Source of the DNA: an uncultured virus (IMG/VR IMGVR_UViG_3300028840_004599)
Taxonomy: Duplodnaviria; Heunggongvirae; Uroviricota; Caudoviricetes
Virus record (IMG/VR): IMGVR_UViG_3300028840_004599
Strand: one strand, 5' to 3'
Length of the DNA stretch: 20,000 nucleotides
A model generated the notes under the pieces. The model had not been told where the DNA came from. It made no database searches and saw only the letters and a list, made by a program, of their open reading frames with translations. Positions within the stretch are counted from its first letter, which is position 1. Each line of letters begins with the position of its first letter. This document shows positions 1 to 7,880 of this stretch, in pieces. The position numbers were made by a program, and so were the translations under genes.

Positions 1-1
1 G

Positions 2-505
2 GCTACACACATAAGTCGCCTCGCCAACATAACCATGTATTTTCTAAAACATCACTACCACGACACCTTACGAAAGCACGTAGAGTACGAAATAGAGGGT
101 GTAACAAAGGATCGTGTAGTAACACAGCAGGAGCTTTACGAAGCAATACAGCGCGGGTTTGTGCGGATGGAGCCTAGTTTTCAAAGACATGCCACGGTTG
201 CCATTAACATGGCTCGCTCCGTTGGTTCCATTTATGCCATGCACAGACAGCGTGTGGAAGCTTTTGAGTTTGTGGCACTTCCTGGATGCTGTGTTGTCTG
301 CGCCGAGTTATCCGGCAAAGTATTCACAATGTCATCTGCTTTATCAACATTAGATGCAATAATGTACTCTGACAACCCAGAAGATATTAAAATAATCTCC
401 CCGTTCATCCACACCCTAAGTGAGTTGGCTGGACGTGGCGACCAATTCATACTCATACCCGTGCATCCTAATTGCCGTTGTTACTACCGACCAATTATCC
501 TGTAG
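2..505 (+). CDS. Phage head morphogenesis / minor head protein (SPP1 gp7 / Mu F-like), 5'-truncated by the window edge
   Basis: The frame is open from position 2 (GCT ACA CAC ...) through the ATG at 35. It carries CCVVCAELSG and the C-terminal HPNCRC motif typical of Mu F/gp7 proteins, and lies just upstream of protease and capsid genes. Confidence 0.8.
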   Translation, partial: ATHISRLANITMYFLKHHYHDTLRKHVEYEIEGVTKDRVVTQQELYEAIQRGFVRMEPSFQRHATVAINMARSVGSIYAMHRQRVEAFEFVALPGCCVVCAELSGKVFTMSSALSTLDAIMYSDNPEDIKIISPFIHTLSELAGRGDQFILIPVHPNCRCYYRPIIL

Positions 506-600
506 ATAATAAAAATCATCCGTTACTTATCCTACCATTATTCAAATATCTGCATGGAATACCTGCCTATTATCCCCCATCTTCAACCAATATGTGACCG

Positions 601-630
601 TTGCTTGTTCCTCCATTGCGGTGTTACACT
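601..630 (+). promoter_or_regulatory. Putative sigma70/sigmaA-type promoter for the head-tail operon
   Basis: TTGCTT (601-606), 18-nt spacer, TACACT (625-630), with an extended -10 TG at 622-623. It sits in the largest intergenic gap, about 30 nt before the GGAGG/TTG start at 660. Confidence 0.45.
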
Positions 631-659
631 AAACATGTAAACCTATATGGAGGGTATCC

Positions 660-1700
660 TTGCCCGTAGATAGAAAACGATTCCTTATAACCGATCTCGA
701 AGTAACCGCAATTGGCTTAACCAAGCCCCCCACAGCACACGATGGGAAACAACCCGCTACTGGGTACGGTATAATCTTGCGCACTGCTGATGGCGGGGAC
801 AGAGAAATCCAAACAGACCCAATAGTAACTTGCAAGCTAGACAAGATGCGCCAGATGGTTTATAGCGTCGTTTACTCACCCGGTAGATGGGATAGTCAGA
901 ATCAGGGCGTAGCGAAAGAAGACGCGCAGGTAATTTCCAAAGCAGCACACAATTTCATTTCTAACGGATTCGCACGAAATATCGATATCCTCCACGATAG
1001 GAACACCAACATAGGTGCTCGCGTTGTGGAGTCGTGGGTCACTAAAAAGGAAGGTGATCCATTTTTTAATCCCCCTGAAGTGCCTGTGGGTTCCTGGGCT
1101 GTTGGTATCAAGATAGATTCTGATGATCTTTGGGGCAAAATATTGGCGGGTGAGTATGGGGGAATTTCACTATTTGGGCTTTCCCAAGTAAGAGAGTACG
1201 ATGGAGGAAAAACTATGGAAAAGACGGATTCTAAACAAACCGATACTGTGCAGGTTGCCAAGAGTGCCGATGTGGAACCAAACACGGTTTTGCAAAGCCT
1301 TGCCAAGCTCGTCTCGAAGATTCTTGGCAAAGAGCAAACCGATGGGCGGGTAGAGAAAACGGCAGAAAACCAGACACAGGAAAATAAGGAGGTTAGTAAC
1401 GTGGACGAAACTCAATACAAGGAGCTTGTCGACGGTTTGAACAAGCTTACGGAGAAGATAGCTGGCATAGAGGCAGCCATTGAGGAAACCAAGAAAAGCC
1501 TCACAGCCAAGTGTGCGGAAATAGACTCCGTTGCGCAGGAAGCAAAGAAAACCGCCGAAGATGTAACCCCGCGAGTGGAGGCTTTGGAGGGGCGTCGGCA
1601 GGACACGTCCAAGACCTCTGAAAGGGACATAAAACAACCAGAGAAGGCGGACCATGGGTTGTTTTCAAACCTCATACCGGCTGAGTACAGACCCAGCTAA
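660..1700 (+). CDS. XkdF-like prohead serine protease with C-terminal coiled-coil scaffold region
   Basis: Motifs QMVYSVVYSP..DSQ, ISKAAHNF, IDILHD, ARVVESWV, GSWAVGIKI and LWGKILAGEYGGISLFG match the PBSX XkdF (peptidase S78-like) pattern. The C-terminus is heptad-rich (LVDGLNKLTEKIAGIEAAIEE). GGAGG precedes the TTG start, and the gene is directly upstream of the capsid gene. Confidence 0.85.
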   Translation: MPVDRKRFLITDLEVTAIGLTKPPTAHDGKQPATGYGIILRTADGGDREIQTDPIVTCKLDKMRQMVYSVVYSPGRWDSQNQGVAKEDAQVISKAAHNFISNGFARNIDILHDRNTNIGARVVESWVTKKEGDPFFNPPEVPVGSWAVGIKIDSDDLWGKILAGEYGGISLFGLSQVREYDGGKTMEKTDSKQTDTVQVAKSADVEPNTVLQSLAKLVSKILGKEQTDGRVEKTAENQTQENKEVSNVDETQYKELVDGLNKLTEKIAGIEAAIEETKKSLTAKCAEIDSVAQEAKKTAEDVTPRVEALEGRRQDTSKTSERDIKQPEKADHGLFSNLIPAEYRPS

Positions 1701-1732
1701 CGAAATAAATAGAGAATAGGAGGAGAGATATA

Positions 1733-2650
1733 ATGAGCGACCAACTTTTAAGAGCTGCACTAAAGACGGATACCTTGATTACTTCGGGGACTACTATTGC
1801 CAGTTATGGAAAACTGAATGCTGAGCAGCTTGACAAGTTCATGCAGTGGATCATCGAACAGGAAAACATACTGAAGATGATTGATGTTATTGACATGAAC
1901 GGTCCAACGCTTGACTTGGACTCTTTCGACATTGCCGAACAGAGTTTGAGAAAGGCTACTGAGGGTACGGCGTCCGATGCTGTGGGCATCACAACGGCAA
2001 AGCGATCCCTGAGCACCACAGAGGTTGTCCTGCCATACAAACCCTCGTACAGCTTCGTAGAGGACAACATTGCCAAGCGGGGAGGTGTAGACCAGATCAT
2101 TCGTGGCTTTGCCACGTTGTTCTCCAATGACCTCGCAAACCTCGCCATCAACGGTGACGGGTCTACTGGTAACTTTTTCTCGATTGAGAAGGGATTCATC
2201 CAGTTGATTAAGGATGAGGTTGGAAGTTCCCACATTTACGACCACAACGGAAGCACATCGTACCTGAGCACGGTTTTGCCTAATATCTTGGCTGAGTTAC
2301 CGTCGAAGTTCAAGGCGAACTTTCCCAAGCTGCGTTTTATTGTTTCCTACGCTACATACGAGGCAATTGCCAAAGAAGTAGCTAACCGCAGCACTGCACT
2401 CGGCGACGCTATCCTGCTTGAGGGCAAGCCGTTAAAGTATGGCGGTATCACCATTGAACGCGTGCCATATTGGCCGGACGGAACTCACTTGCTGTGTGAT
2501 CCCAAGAACTTGGCAATTGGCGTTCAAAGAAACATCCTTTTCGAGACTGACAAGGATATCGAAAAGCGATTGCACATCTATGTGATGACGTCCAGGATTG
2601 ATTTTCAGATTAAAAACCTGGATTCCCTGGTCATCTCCTACGATGCATAA
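1733..2650 (+). CDS. Major capsid protein, HK97 fold (XkdG-like)
   Basis: 305 aa with GKLNAEQLDKF, LSTTEVVLP..SYSFVEDNI, NDLANLAINGD, LPSKFK, DPKNLAIGVQRNI..E and MTSRIDF, all typical of XkdG/HK97-family capsids. Strong AGGAGG RBS. Confidence 0.92.
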   Translation: MSDQLLRAALKTDTLITSGTTIASYGKLNAEQLDKFMQWIIEQENILKMIDVIDMNGPTLDLDSFDIAEQSLRKATEGTASDAVGITTAKRSLSTTEVVLPYKPSYSFVEDNIAKRGGVDQIIRGFATLFSNDLANLAINGDGSTGNFFSIEKGFIQLIKDEVGSSHIYDHNGSTSYLSTVLPNILAELPSKFKANFPKLRFIVSYATYEAIAKEVANRSTALGDAILLEGKPLKYGGITIERVPYWPDGTHLLCDPKNLAIGVQRNILFETDKDIEKRLHIYVMTSRIDFQIKNLDSLVISYDA

Positions 2651-2682
2651 TAACATGCGAAAGAATAAGGAGGATATGAACA

Positions 2683-2976
2683 ATGCCTAAACCCAAACCG
2701 CCCACAGACGTGGTGATCGAGAATCCCCCAAAACCCAAGAAACCCGGTTTCGATGTGACCTTTGTTGGTAGTGGGTCAATGAAAGTAACTTCTGTTACGG
2801 GAAGCGGAAATGTGGATGAGGGGAAGAACTACCACTTCACGCGTGCCGGTGCTGATCCGGCAAAACCCGTGTTCGTTGTTGAGGAAGATATTGGGAAGTT
2901 CGAGAACATCAACGACGTTGTTGATCTCAAAAAAAACCGCCCGTTCGATATCAAGCGTGTAGGGAAGGGGGACTAG
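2683..2976 (+). CDS. Hypothetical protein with Pro/Lys-rich N-terminus (possible capsid accessory)
   Basis: 97-aa ORF with AAGGAGG RBS immediately after the capsid gene. Function inferred from position only. Confidence 0.65.
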   Translation: MPKPKPPTDVVIENPPKPKKPGFDVTFVGSGSMKVTSVTGSGNVDEGKNYHFTRAGADPAKPVFVVEEDIGKFENINDVVDLKKNRPFDIKRVGKGD

Positions 2977-2978
2977 TA

Positions 2979-3647
2979 ATGAGAATGAAACATGTAGCGT
3001 TTCTTATCTCACTCTTTCTCGTGTTTTCCTTTCTGTTCACTTGCGCGTATGCAGAAATGGCGTTTGTGGAAAAGGAGTTCACGGTTTCTTCCGGATCGGC
3101 TAGTGGCAGCGTTACCCTTGAACCCAACTTCATGTTGTATGAGGTGCGATGGAAGACGAACGGTATTGATGCTGGTGACTCGGTAACGTTGTCCCTTGTG
3201 GACAACTTTGCCAATTATACCGTTTGGACAGCTACCGATTCCACGATAGTTGCTGGTATAGGCGAGGTATGTGTTCTTTCCAATATCTGGGATTATACTA
3301 TCACAAATACCAGTACTACCACAACCACATCCGGGAATACGGCAACAAGTTCTAATAGTGGCACTAGCACCGGCACAAATACATCTACAGCTACAATGAC
3401 CGATGTTACATCTGGAACACTCTCAACCATCACATCTACAGTCACCACAACCGATACTGTAACAAATACCGTAAGTGACTCTGTTACCACATCCGGAACT
3501 ACCACGAACGTGGCTGTTGTCGAGAATATCAGCTCCGCATCAACCACGAGGTACTTCGGATGCGGTCCTACTATGTTTACAATCACTTTCTCAAGCACAC
3601 AGGAAGCTGATCGTGTTATCCGGGTGAAGTTGTTAGGCAAGGAATAA
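2979..3647 (+). CDS. Signal-peptide protein, beta-rich, with a 71-aa Thr/Ser-alternating insert
   Basis: N-terminus MRMKHVAFLISLFLVFSFLFTCAYA has basic n-region, hydrophobic core and AxA cleavage site. The insert at 3297-3509 has 33 Thr and 13 Ser in 71 residues. TAATG overlap with the next gene. Confidence 0.75.
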   Translation: MRMKHVAFLISLFLVFSFLFTCAYAEMAFVEKEFTVSSGSASGSVTLEPNFMLYEVRWKTNGIDAGDSVTLSLVDNFANYTVWTATDSTIVAGIGEVCVLSNIWDYTITNTSTTTTTSGNTATSSNSGTSTGTNTSTATMTDVTSGTLSTITSTVTTTDTVTNTVSDSVTTSGTTTNVAVVENISSASTTRYFGCGPTMFTITFSSTQEADRVIRVKLLGKE

Positions 3648-4129
3648 TGAAGATCGAACTAAAACGACTCATTGACGTACTTTTTGTTTTGTTCCTTTTT
3701 GGAGCTTTACTACGACCATCAGTTGCACAGGACGATTATAGGTTGGATAGGAGTGTGCCCGGTTTTGCTGGGTACACTCTCTCCTATCCTGTTTTTGGCG
3801 GGACTTATAATCAGGCATCCTTAACAACTACTACGGTAGCTACCATAGCCAGTGATTTGAGCTCAGCAACCGTACAGTATAATATTACATCCACAGATAC
3901 GCTCACCGTTTCGGAAGTGTGGATTCAAACCTCTGTAGATTCCAGATGGACGTTGGACAATAACACAAACCCAACATCTGTTACTGGTATCCTACTGTCA
4001 GCCGATGATACCTTGAAGCTCCCCGGGAACAGCGCACGATGGTTGCGTATTATAGGGGTAAGCTCTTCTGGTTACATCCGCAAGCAATATTTTGGATGGC
4101 CTACCTCATATTATTACCCTTGGGAGTAG
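3647..4129 (+). CDS. Signal-peptide protein, small beta-sandwich (possible capsid decoration-like fold)
   Basis: N-terminus MKIELKRLIDVLFVLFLFGALLRPSVA|QD is Sec-like. The C-terminal SRWTLDNNTNPTSVTGILLSADDTLKL resembles an 'R.T.DGT.PT...G..L..GD' pattern I associate with small phage structural proteins. Coupled by TAATG overlap. Confidence 0.7.
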   Translation: MKIELKRLIDVLFVLFLFGALLRPSVAQDDYRLDRSVPGFAGYTLSYPVFGGTYNQASLTTTTVATIASDLSSATVQYNITSTDTLTVSEVWIQTSVDSRWTLDNNTNPTSVTGILLSADDTLKLPGNSARWLRIIGVSSSGYIRKQYFGWPTSYYYPWE

Positions 4130-4132
4130 ATT

Positions 4133-4774
4133 ATGTCAGTAGCATATTGCGCTATAGCTGATGTTTCTGCCCTACTCCCAAGTGGAGCCTCTTACACAGA
4201 CGACGAAATACAAACAGTAATAGATTTTGTAAAAGAGCAAATTGACTTATTTATGGAGGAAGCGGACTGGTTTGGTTCTGTTTCCTCCCAAACTATTATA
4301 ATGGACGGGTCTGGCACAAGCAAGCTCATGATTCGTGATGAGGTTCGTCCATTGGTGTCTATTACATCCATCTTAATAGACGAAGTAGAGATCAGTACAG
4401 CATATTTGGAAGAGATGGAATATGACAGCAAACGGCATATCATATACTCTCCCAGCTTGGAATTCTACAAAGGTACTAGGAATATAGATATAACGGGCAC
4501 GTTTGGATATGCCAGTGTGCCCGGTTTGCTAACACACAAGGCAGCAAAGACCTGTGTTAAGATTCTTCGTGCTGGTGGTGTTGGCGATTGGTTGGAGAGC
4601 AATAGTTCCAGCTCCTCTGGTTCCCATGTAAAAAGCGTAAAATTTGATGATGCAACGGTTGATTTTGATTCGACTGAAAACGCAACAGACACAACGCACA
4701 CGACCGGAGATTCTGAACTTGATGATATTTTGTGGAAGTATAAATCACTGTACCCGTTGGGTGGCATAGTATAG
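4133..4774 (+). CDS. Head-tail adaptor/connector protein (HK97 gp6 / SPP1 gp15-like)
   Basis: Starts with AYCAIADV, then helix IQTVIDFVKEQIDLF, beta insert PLVSITSI, NIDITGTFGYASVP, VKSVKFDD and ILWKYK; this is the usual adaptor layout. Synteny supports it. Confidence 0.8.
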   Translation: MSVAYCAIADVSALLPSGASYTDDEIQTVIDFVKEQIDLFMEEADWFGSVSSQTIIMDGSGTSKLMIRDEVRPLVSITSILIDEVEISTAYLEEMEYDSKRHIIYSPSLEFYKGTRNIDITGTFGYASVPGLLTHKAAKTCVKILRAGGVGDWLESNSSSSSGSHVKSVKFDDATVDFDSTENATDTTHTTGDSELDDILWKYKSLYPLGGIV

Positions 4775-4818
4775 TAATTTTCGTGAGTAGTGGATTTTCA
4801 GCATAGTAGAGGTGTATC

Positions 4819-5202
4819 TTGCTGGGTTATGTAAAACCTGAGGTGCTTTCAGCCTTTTATGATGTTTGGAGTCTGAAAGGAAAGCAATATGTGAGCATCG
4901 AGAGGTACTCGGAAGTTGGTGGGGCTGCACAATCCGGAATAGCCCCAACAAGAACACAAGTTTCCGGTTTATCCAGTTTAAAGGCAATCGTTCGTCGTGT
5001 TACTCAGAAAATGATCCGCGAGTCTGGTCAGGTTCTTCAGCAAAACGACCACAAATTCAAAATATTAATGCCTACCAGCTCCATCCCGATCACTAGGACA
5101 GATAAAATTTCCTGGAATAGCCAAACGTGGGAAATAGTTGGGATAAGCATGAGTGACGCCTCCACAGGACTATCCCACGTATATGCGAGGGCAGTTAAAT
5201 AA
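4819..5202 (+). CDS. Head closure/stopper protein (SPP1 gp16-like)
   Basis: 127 aa, beta-rich, ending ITRTDKISWNSQTWEIVGI, typical of stopper proteins. TTG start with GAGGTG RBS; follows the adaptor gene. Confidence 0.7.
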   Translation: MLGYVKPEVLSAFYDVWSLKGKQYVSIERYSEVGGAAQSGIAPTRTQVSGLSSLKAIVRRVTQKMIRESGQVLQQNDHKFKILMPTSSIPITRTDKISWNSQTWEIVGISMSDASTGLSHVYARAVK

Positions 5203-5651
5203 TGCGAGTACACTTATCTACAAAATTAAAAGCCGTAGCCAGTTTTTTAGATAAGCGGTATGGTGCGTTGTACGGTTTTCGCGCCTATGCTGATTGGGTG
5301 GCTGAGAGAGCATTCAATATGATAAAGAATAGCACCCCAAGACGGTCTGGCAAAACAGCAGACTCTTACTCGTTGGTCGTGGAGGATACACACAGTGGAA
5401 GACGCTATTCGATCTGTAACGAGAATAAACAAGTAATCGAGTGGTTGTCAAACGGCACACCCGCTCATGGTCCGGTGACTGCCTCCTTTATGCAGTGGGT
5501 AGAGAAGCATCACCCACTATATAAAGGTTTTTGGAGAAAGGCATGGGTACGCGGGATTAAACCGCACCCATTTGTATTGGATACAATAGAATTTGTGATG
5601 CAGGCAATGATGATGGTTGGGGAGGACGTAAGAGTAATATCCTACGTGTAG
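5202..5651 (+). CDS. Neck/tail completion protein (HK97 gp10-like)
   Basis: TPRRSGKTADSY, WLSNGT..H and VRGIKPHPFV match the gp10-family pattern (TP..TG.L..S ... E.GT ... G.K..PF). Confidence 0.75.
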   Translation: MRVHLSTKLKAVASFLDKRYGALYGFRAYADWVAERAFNMIKNSTPRRSGKTADSYSLVVEDTHSGRRYSICNENKQVIEWLSNGTPAHGPVTASFMQWVEKHHPLYKGFWRKAWVRGIKPHPFVLDTIEFVMQAMMMVGEDVRVISYV

Positions 5652-5656
5652 TTTAA

Positions 5657-6136
5657 ATGGCGCTTAATGCAGCTAGCAAATCTGAGAACTTGCTACTTTC
5701 CTTCTGTAAGCACCTTTATGACAATGTGGGAGCTTCTTTCAGGAACAAGATAAACTACTTACAGGAGCGATGGAGTCCGGAAAACCAAACAACGTGGGCT
5801 GAGGTAGATTGGTTAAAGGGTGCAGACGGTTATTGTAAAAAGCCCTGGTTGGTTTCCATAGTGGTCTACTCCAGACCCGAGGAAGATGAATTTGCTCACG
5901 CACACAGGGAACTGATGGATGTTATAAAGGCTGCCCTGAATTCTACATCTGTGAGTATCTACGACTTTGGAGCCACTGATCTGACTCGTGCCAATCCCGT
6001 AGACACGACGTTGAGTTTCTATCCCCTACCCAATGGTGGTGAGGAACCCGTATCTGATTTGGTTGGTGGAAACATACGGGGAACCCGTATAGTATATAAA
6101 TGTTTTTCAGTGCGTCCTGATATGTGGGGCGCATAA
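5657..6136 (+). CDS. Putative tail terminator protein
   Basis: 159-aa alpha/beta ORF between the gp10-like gene and the tail tube candidate, with VSIVVYSR followed by a helix. Mainly a synteny call. Confidence 0.55.
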   Translation: MALNAASKSENLLLSFCKHLYDNVGASFRNKINYLQERWSPENQTTWAEVDWLKGADGYCKKPWLVSIVVYSRPEEDEFAHAHRELMDVIKAALNSTSVSIYDFGATDLTRANPVDTTLSFYPLPNGGEEPVSDLVGGNIRGTRIVYKCFSVRPDMWGA

Positions 6137-6149
6137 GGAGGAAATATAA

Positions 6150-6962
6150 ATGGGAGCTACGATTCCGGAATTTGGTCACGACACGGAAGCAGAAACAATA
6201 AATATAGGTTACACGCGGGAACCTATAGAACTGCTGGATGGTCTTGGAAAAACGGATTACACGAAGAGCCTTACAACCACGTTTACAAAAACACAACCCG
6301 TATGTGCTGCTATTGGCATTGCATCGAGCACCTCTGAGGCTAATATGATAGCAGCTGCTGCAATTGCAGCTGTCATAAGTGGGGCAACACTTACAGTAGA
6401 GGAGGAAGTAAGCATCCTTCGTGGACCCTCAACAGATTTCCAGGTAGAGGGTGGTTATGCTCCCAGCTCTGAAGACAAGCTCATGTACGTTACCTGTTGT
6501 AAGTGGAAACGCGTGCGTGTTCGTTTGGAGATAAAAGGCAAGGGGCGTATCCCGTCCGAGTTCCTCACAATGGGTGATGATTTTCTGTCAGCTTCGGCAG
6601 CCATCACTATCCAGTCTGGAACAGACGCAACCACAAAAATAGTAACATCAGCTGTTTATGGGGAAACGGGTGTTGATCTCAAAATAACAGATGTACAGCG
6701 TAATGAGGAGAACGAAGATTGGGGTGGTTGGGCTGTGACACTGGAGGGGTGGGTAGACCCAGGAACGTACACTACTTCCCCATTAAAAAGCAGTTTGGAG
6801 TTTTTTGGCGAAGCTGGTGCAGACCTTGATGGTGAGACGGGGTATAAGATCACAATTCAAGAAACTTATTCGGAAGATCAGCATGTCATGAGAACTGAAA
6901 CTGTCGAGGTTTACGATGATGCAGCATCGAGCACAGTATCTGCAATCTCATATCCTGCGTAA
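6150..6962 (+). CDS. Putative major tail (tube) protein, divergent
   Basis: 270 aa, acidic, Thr/Ala/Gly-rich and beta-rich. Very strong TAAGGAGG RBS. Lies between the terminator and chaperone genes. Confidence 0.55.
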   Translation: MGATIPEFGHDTEAETINIGYTREPIELLDGLGKTDYTKSLTTTFTKTQPVCAAIGIASSTSEANMIAAAAIAAVISGATLTVEEEVSILRGPSTDFQVEGGYAPSSEDKLMYVTCCKWKRVRVRLEIKGKGRIPSEFLTMGDDFLSASAAITIQSGTDATTKIVTSAVYGETGVDLKITDVQRNEENEDWGGWAVTLEGWVDPGTYTTSPLKSSLEFFGEAGADLDGETGYKITIQETYSEDQHVMRTETVEVYDDAASSTVSAISYPA

Positions 6963-6976
6963 GGAGATAACATCTC

Positions 6977-7255
6977 GTGGCAGCTCTTGTAGTCGTACAT
7001 GATCTTGGTAAACGACCAAGGAAAACAGTGTCACCACAATGTGATGGTAATGACTTGGTTACGACTCATGGGTATGTGCATAGAAAGGTTGTTGTAATCT
7101 CCTGGGCTGAAACAGCTGAGATAGAATCGAACATTGTGTCGAACGAGACTGGTGGATTTAGTAGGGATGGGGATTACCGTGCATATCCGGCGATTGCAAG
7201 AGAGTTCCCTTTATATAATGTGGAGGCAAATCTGGTAAAATACACGGATACGTAA
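6977..7255 (+). CDS. Hypothetical tail-module protein
   Basis: 92-aa ORF, GTG start with TAAGGAG RBS, tightly packed in the operon. Confidence 0.6.
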   Translation: MAALVVVHDLGKRPRKTVSPQCDGNDLVTTHGYVHRKVVVISWAETAEIESNIVSNETGGFSRDGDYRAYPAIAREFPLYNVEANLVKYTDT

Positions 7256-7265
7256 GGAGGCATAC

Positions 7266-7880
7266 ATGATACGCAATCTTAGAGAAGGAGAACAGATACC
7301 GGAGGAGTTTGCAGACGTTTTGAAGCTGGCTCCTGAAGAGAGGAAGAAGCTCATCATCCTAGGTGATAAACGGATGTGGATTTTCCCGCCGACCAAGGAA
7401 GAGGTCGACAAGATCATAGATGCGTTGAAGAAGTACCTGCTATTTCAGGACAATAACGAAGACGTGGTCGATTCCATACTCAGGGACTTTGTTCCAAGCG
7501 CATTAAAGTCTATCGGAATAAACGAGACAATCCTTGCCAAGGCAACACCCGACCAGATTATTCATGTCGCCTACACCGTATACGACTTTATATTCGGGAT
7601 GGAGGGGCTTGGTGAAGGCATACGAAAAAACGTGAAGAGCCTCTGGGGAACACTTCGGCAGATGCTGTCACTAACCCCGGAGGCAGAAGAAAACATGAAG
7701 ACCTTATCCGATCATTTTTCCCGCACACCGGAAGCAGCGCAGAGGGCTATGTCTGCGAAACCTTCGGATACTCCCCCGCCTTCGTCCGAGGAAGGTATTA
7801 CATTCGGTGCGCGGATACTGGAAATCCCTGTTGTAGATGCAAAGGGAAAGACGGGGGACGACGGTGTGAAAACGCCATAG
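7266..7880 (+). CDS. Tail assembly chaperone (gpG analogue)
   Basis: TAAGGAGG RBS, helical protein, located upstream of the tape measure gene. Contains in-phase slippery heptamers at 7625-7631 and 7844-7850. Confidence 0.7.
   Translation: MIRNLREGEQIPEEFADVLKLAPEERKKLIILGDKRMWIFPPTKEEVDKIIDALKKYLLFQDNNEDVVDSILRDFVPSALKSIGINETILAKATPDQIIHVAYTVYDFIFGMEGLGEGIRKNVKSLWGTLRQMLSLTPEAEENMKTLSDHFSRTPEAAQRAMSAKPSDTPPPSSEEGITFGARILEIPVVDAKGKTGDDGVKTP
7625..7631 (+). other. Programmed -1 ribosomal frameshift site A_AAA_AAC
   Basis: CGA AAA AAC in the chaperone frame fits X_XXY_YYZ. The -1 frame opens 9 nt upstream and runs to 8386. Confidence 0.65.

Noticed and set aside
3297..3509. Tandem DNA repeat or CRISPR-like array
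   Set aside because: There is no repeated nucleotide unit; the low complexity is at the protein level with mixed Thr codons.
2979..4129. Holin/spanin lysis cassette
   Set aside because: No endolysin nearby, no multi-TM holin and no coiled-coil spanin. The Cys in LFTC is a poor lipobox and is followed by a better AYA SPase I site.
7715..7721. Third slippery site T_TTT_TCC in the chaperone overlap
   Set aside because: It does not fit X_XXY_YYZ, and A-site re-pairing would be poor.
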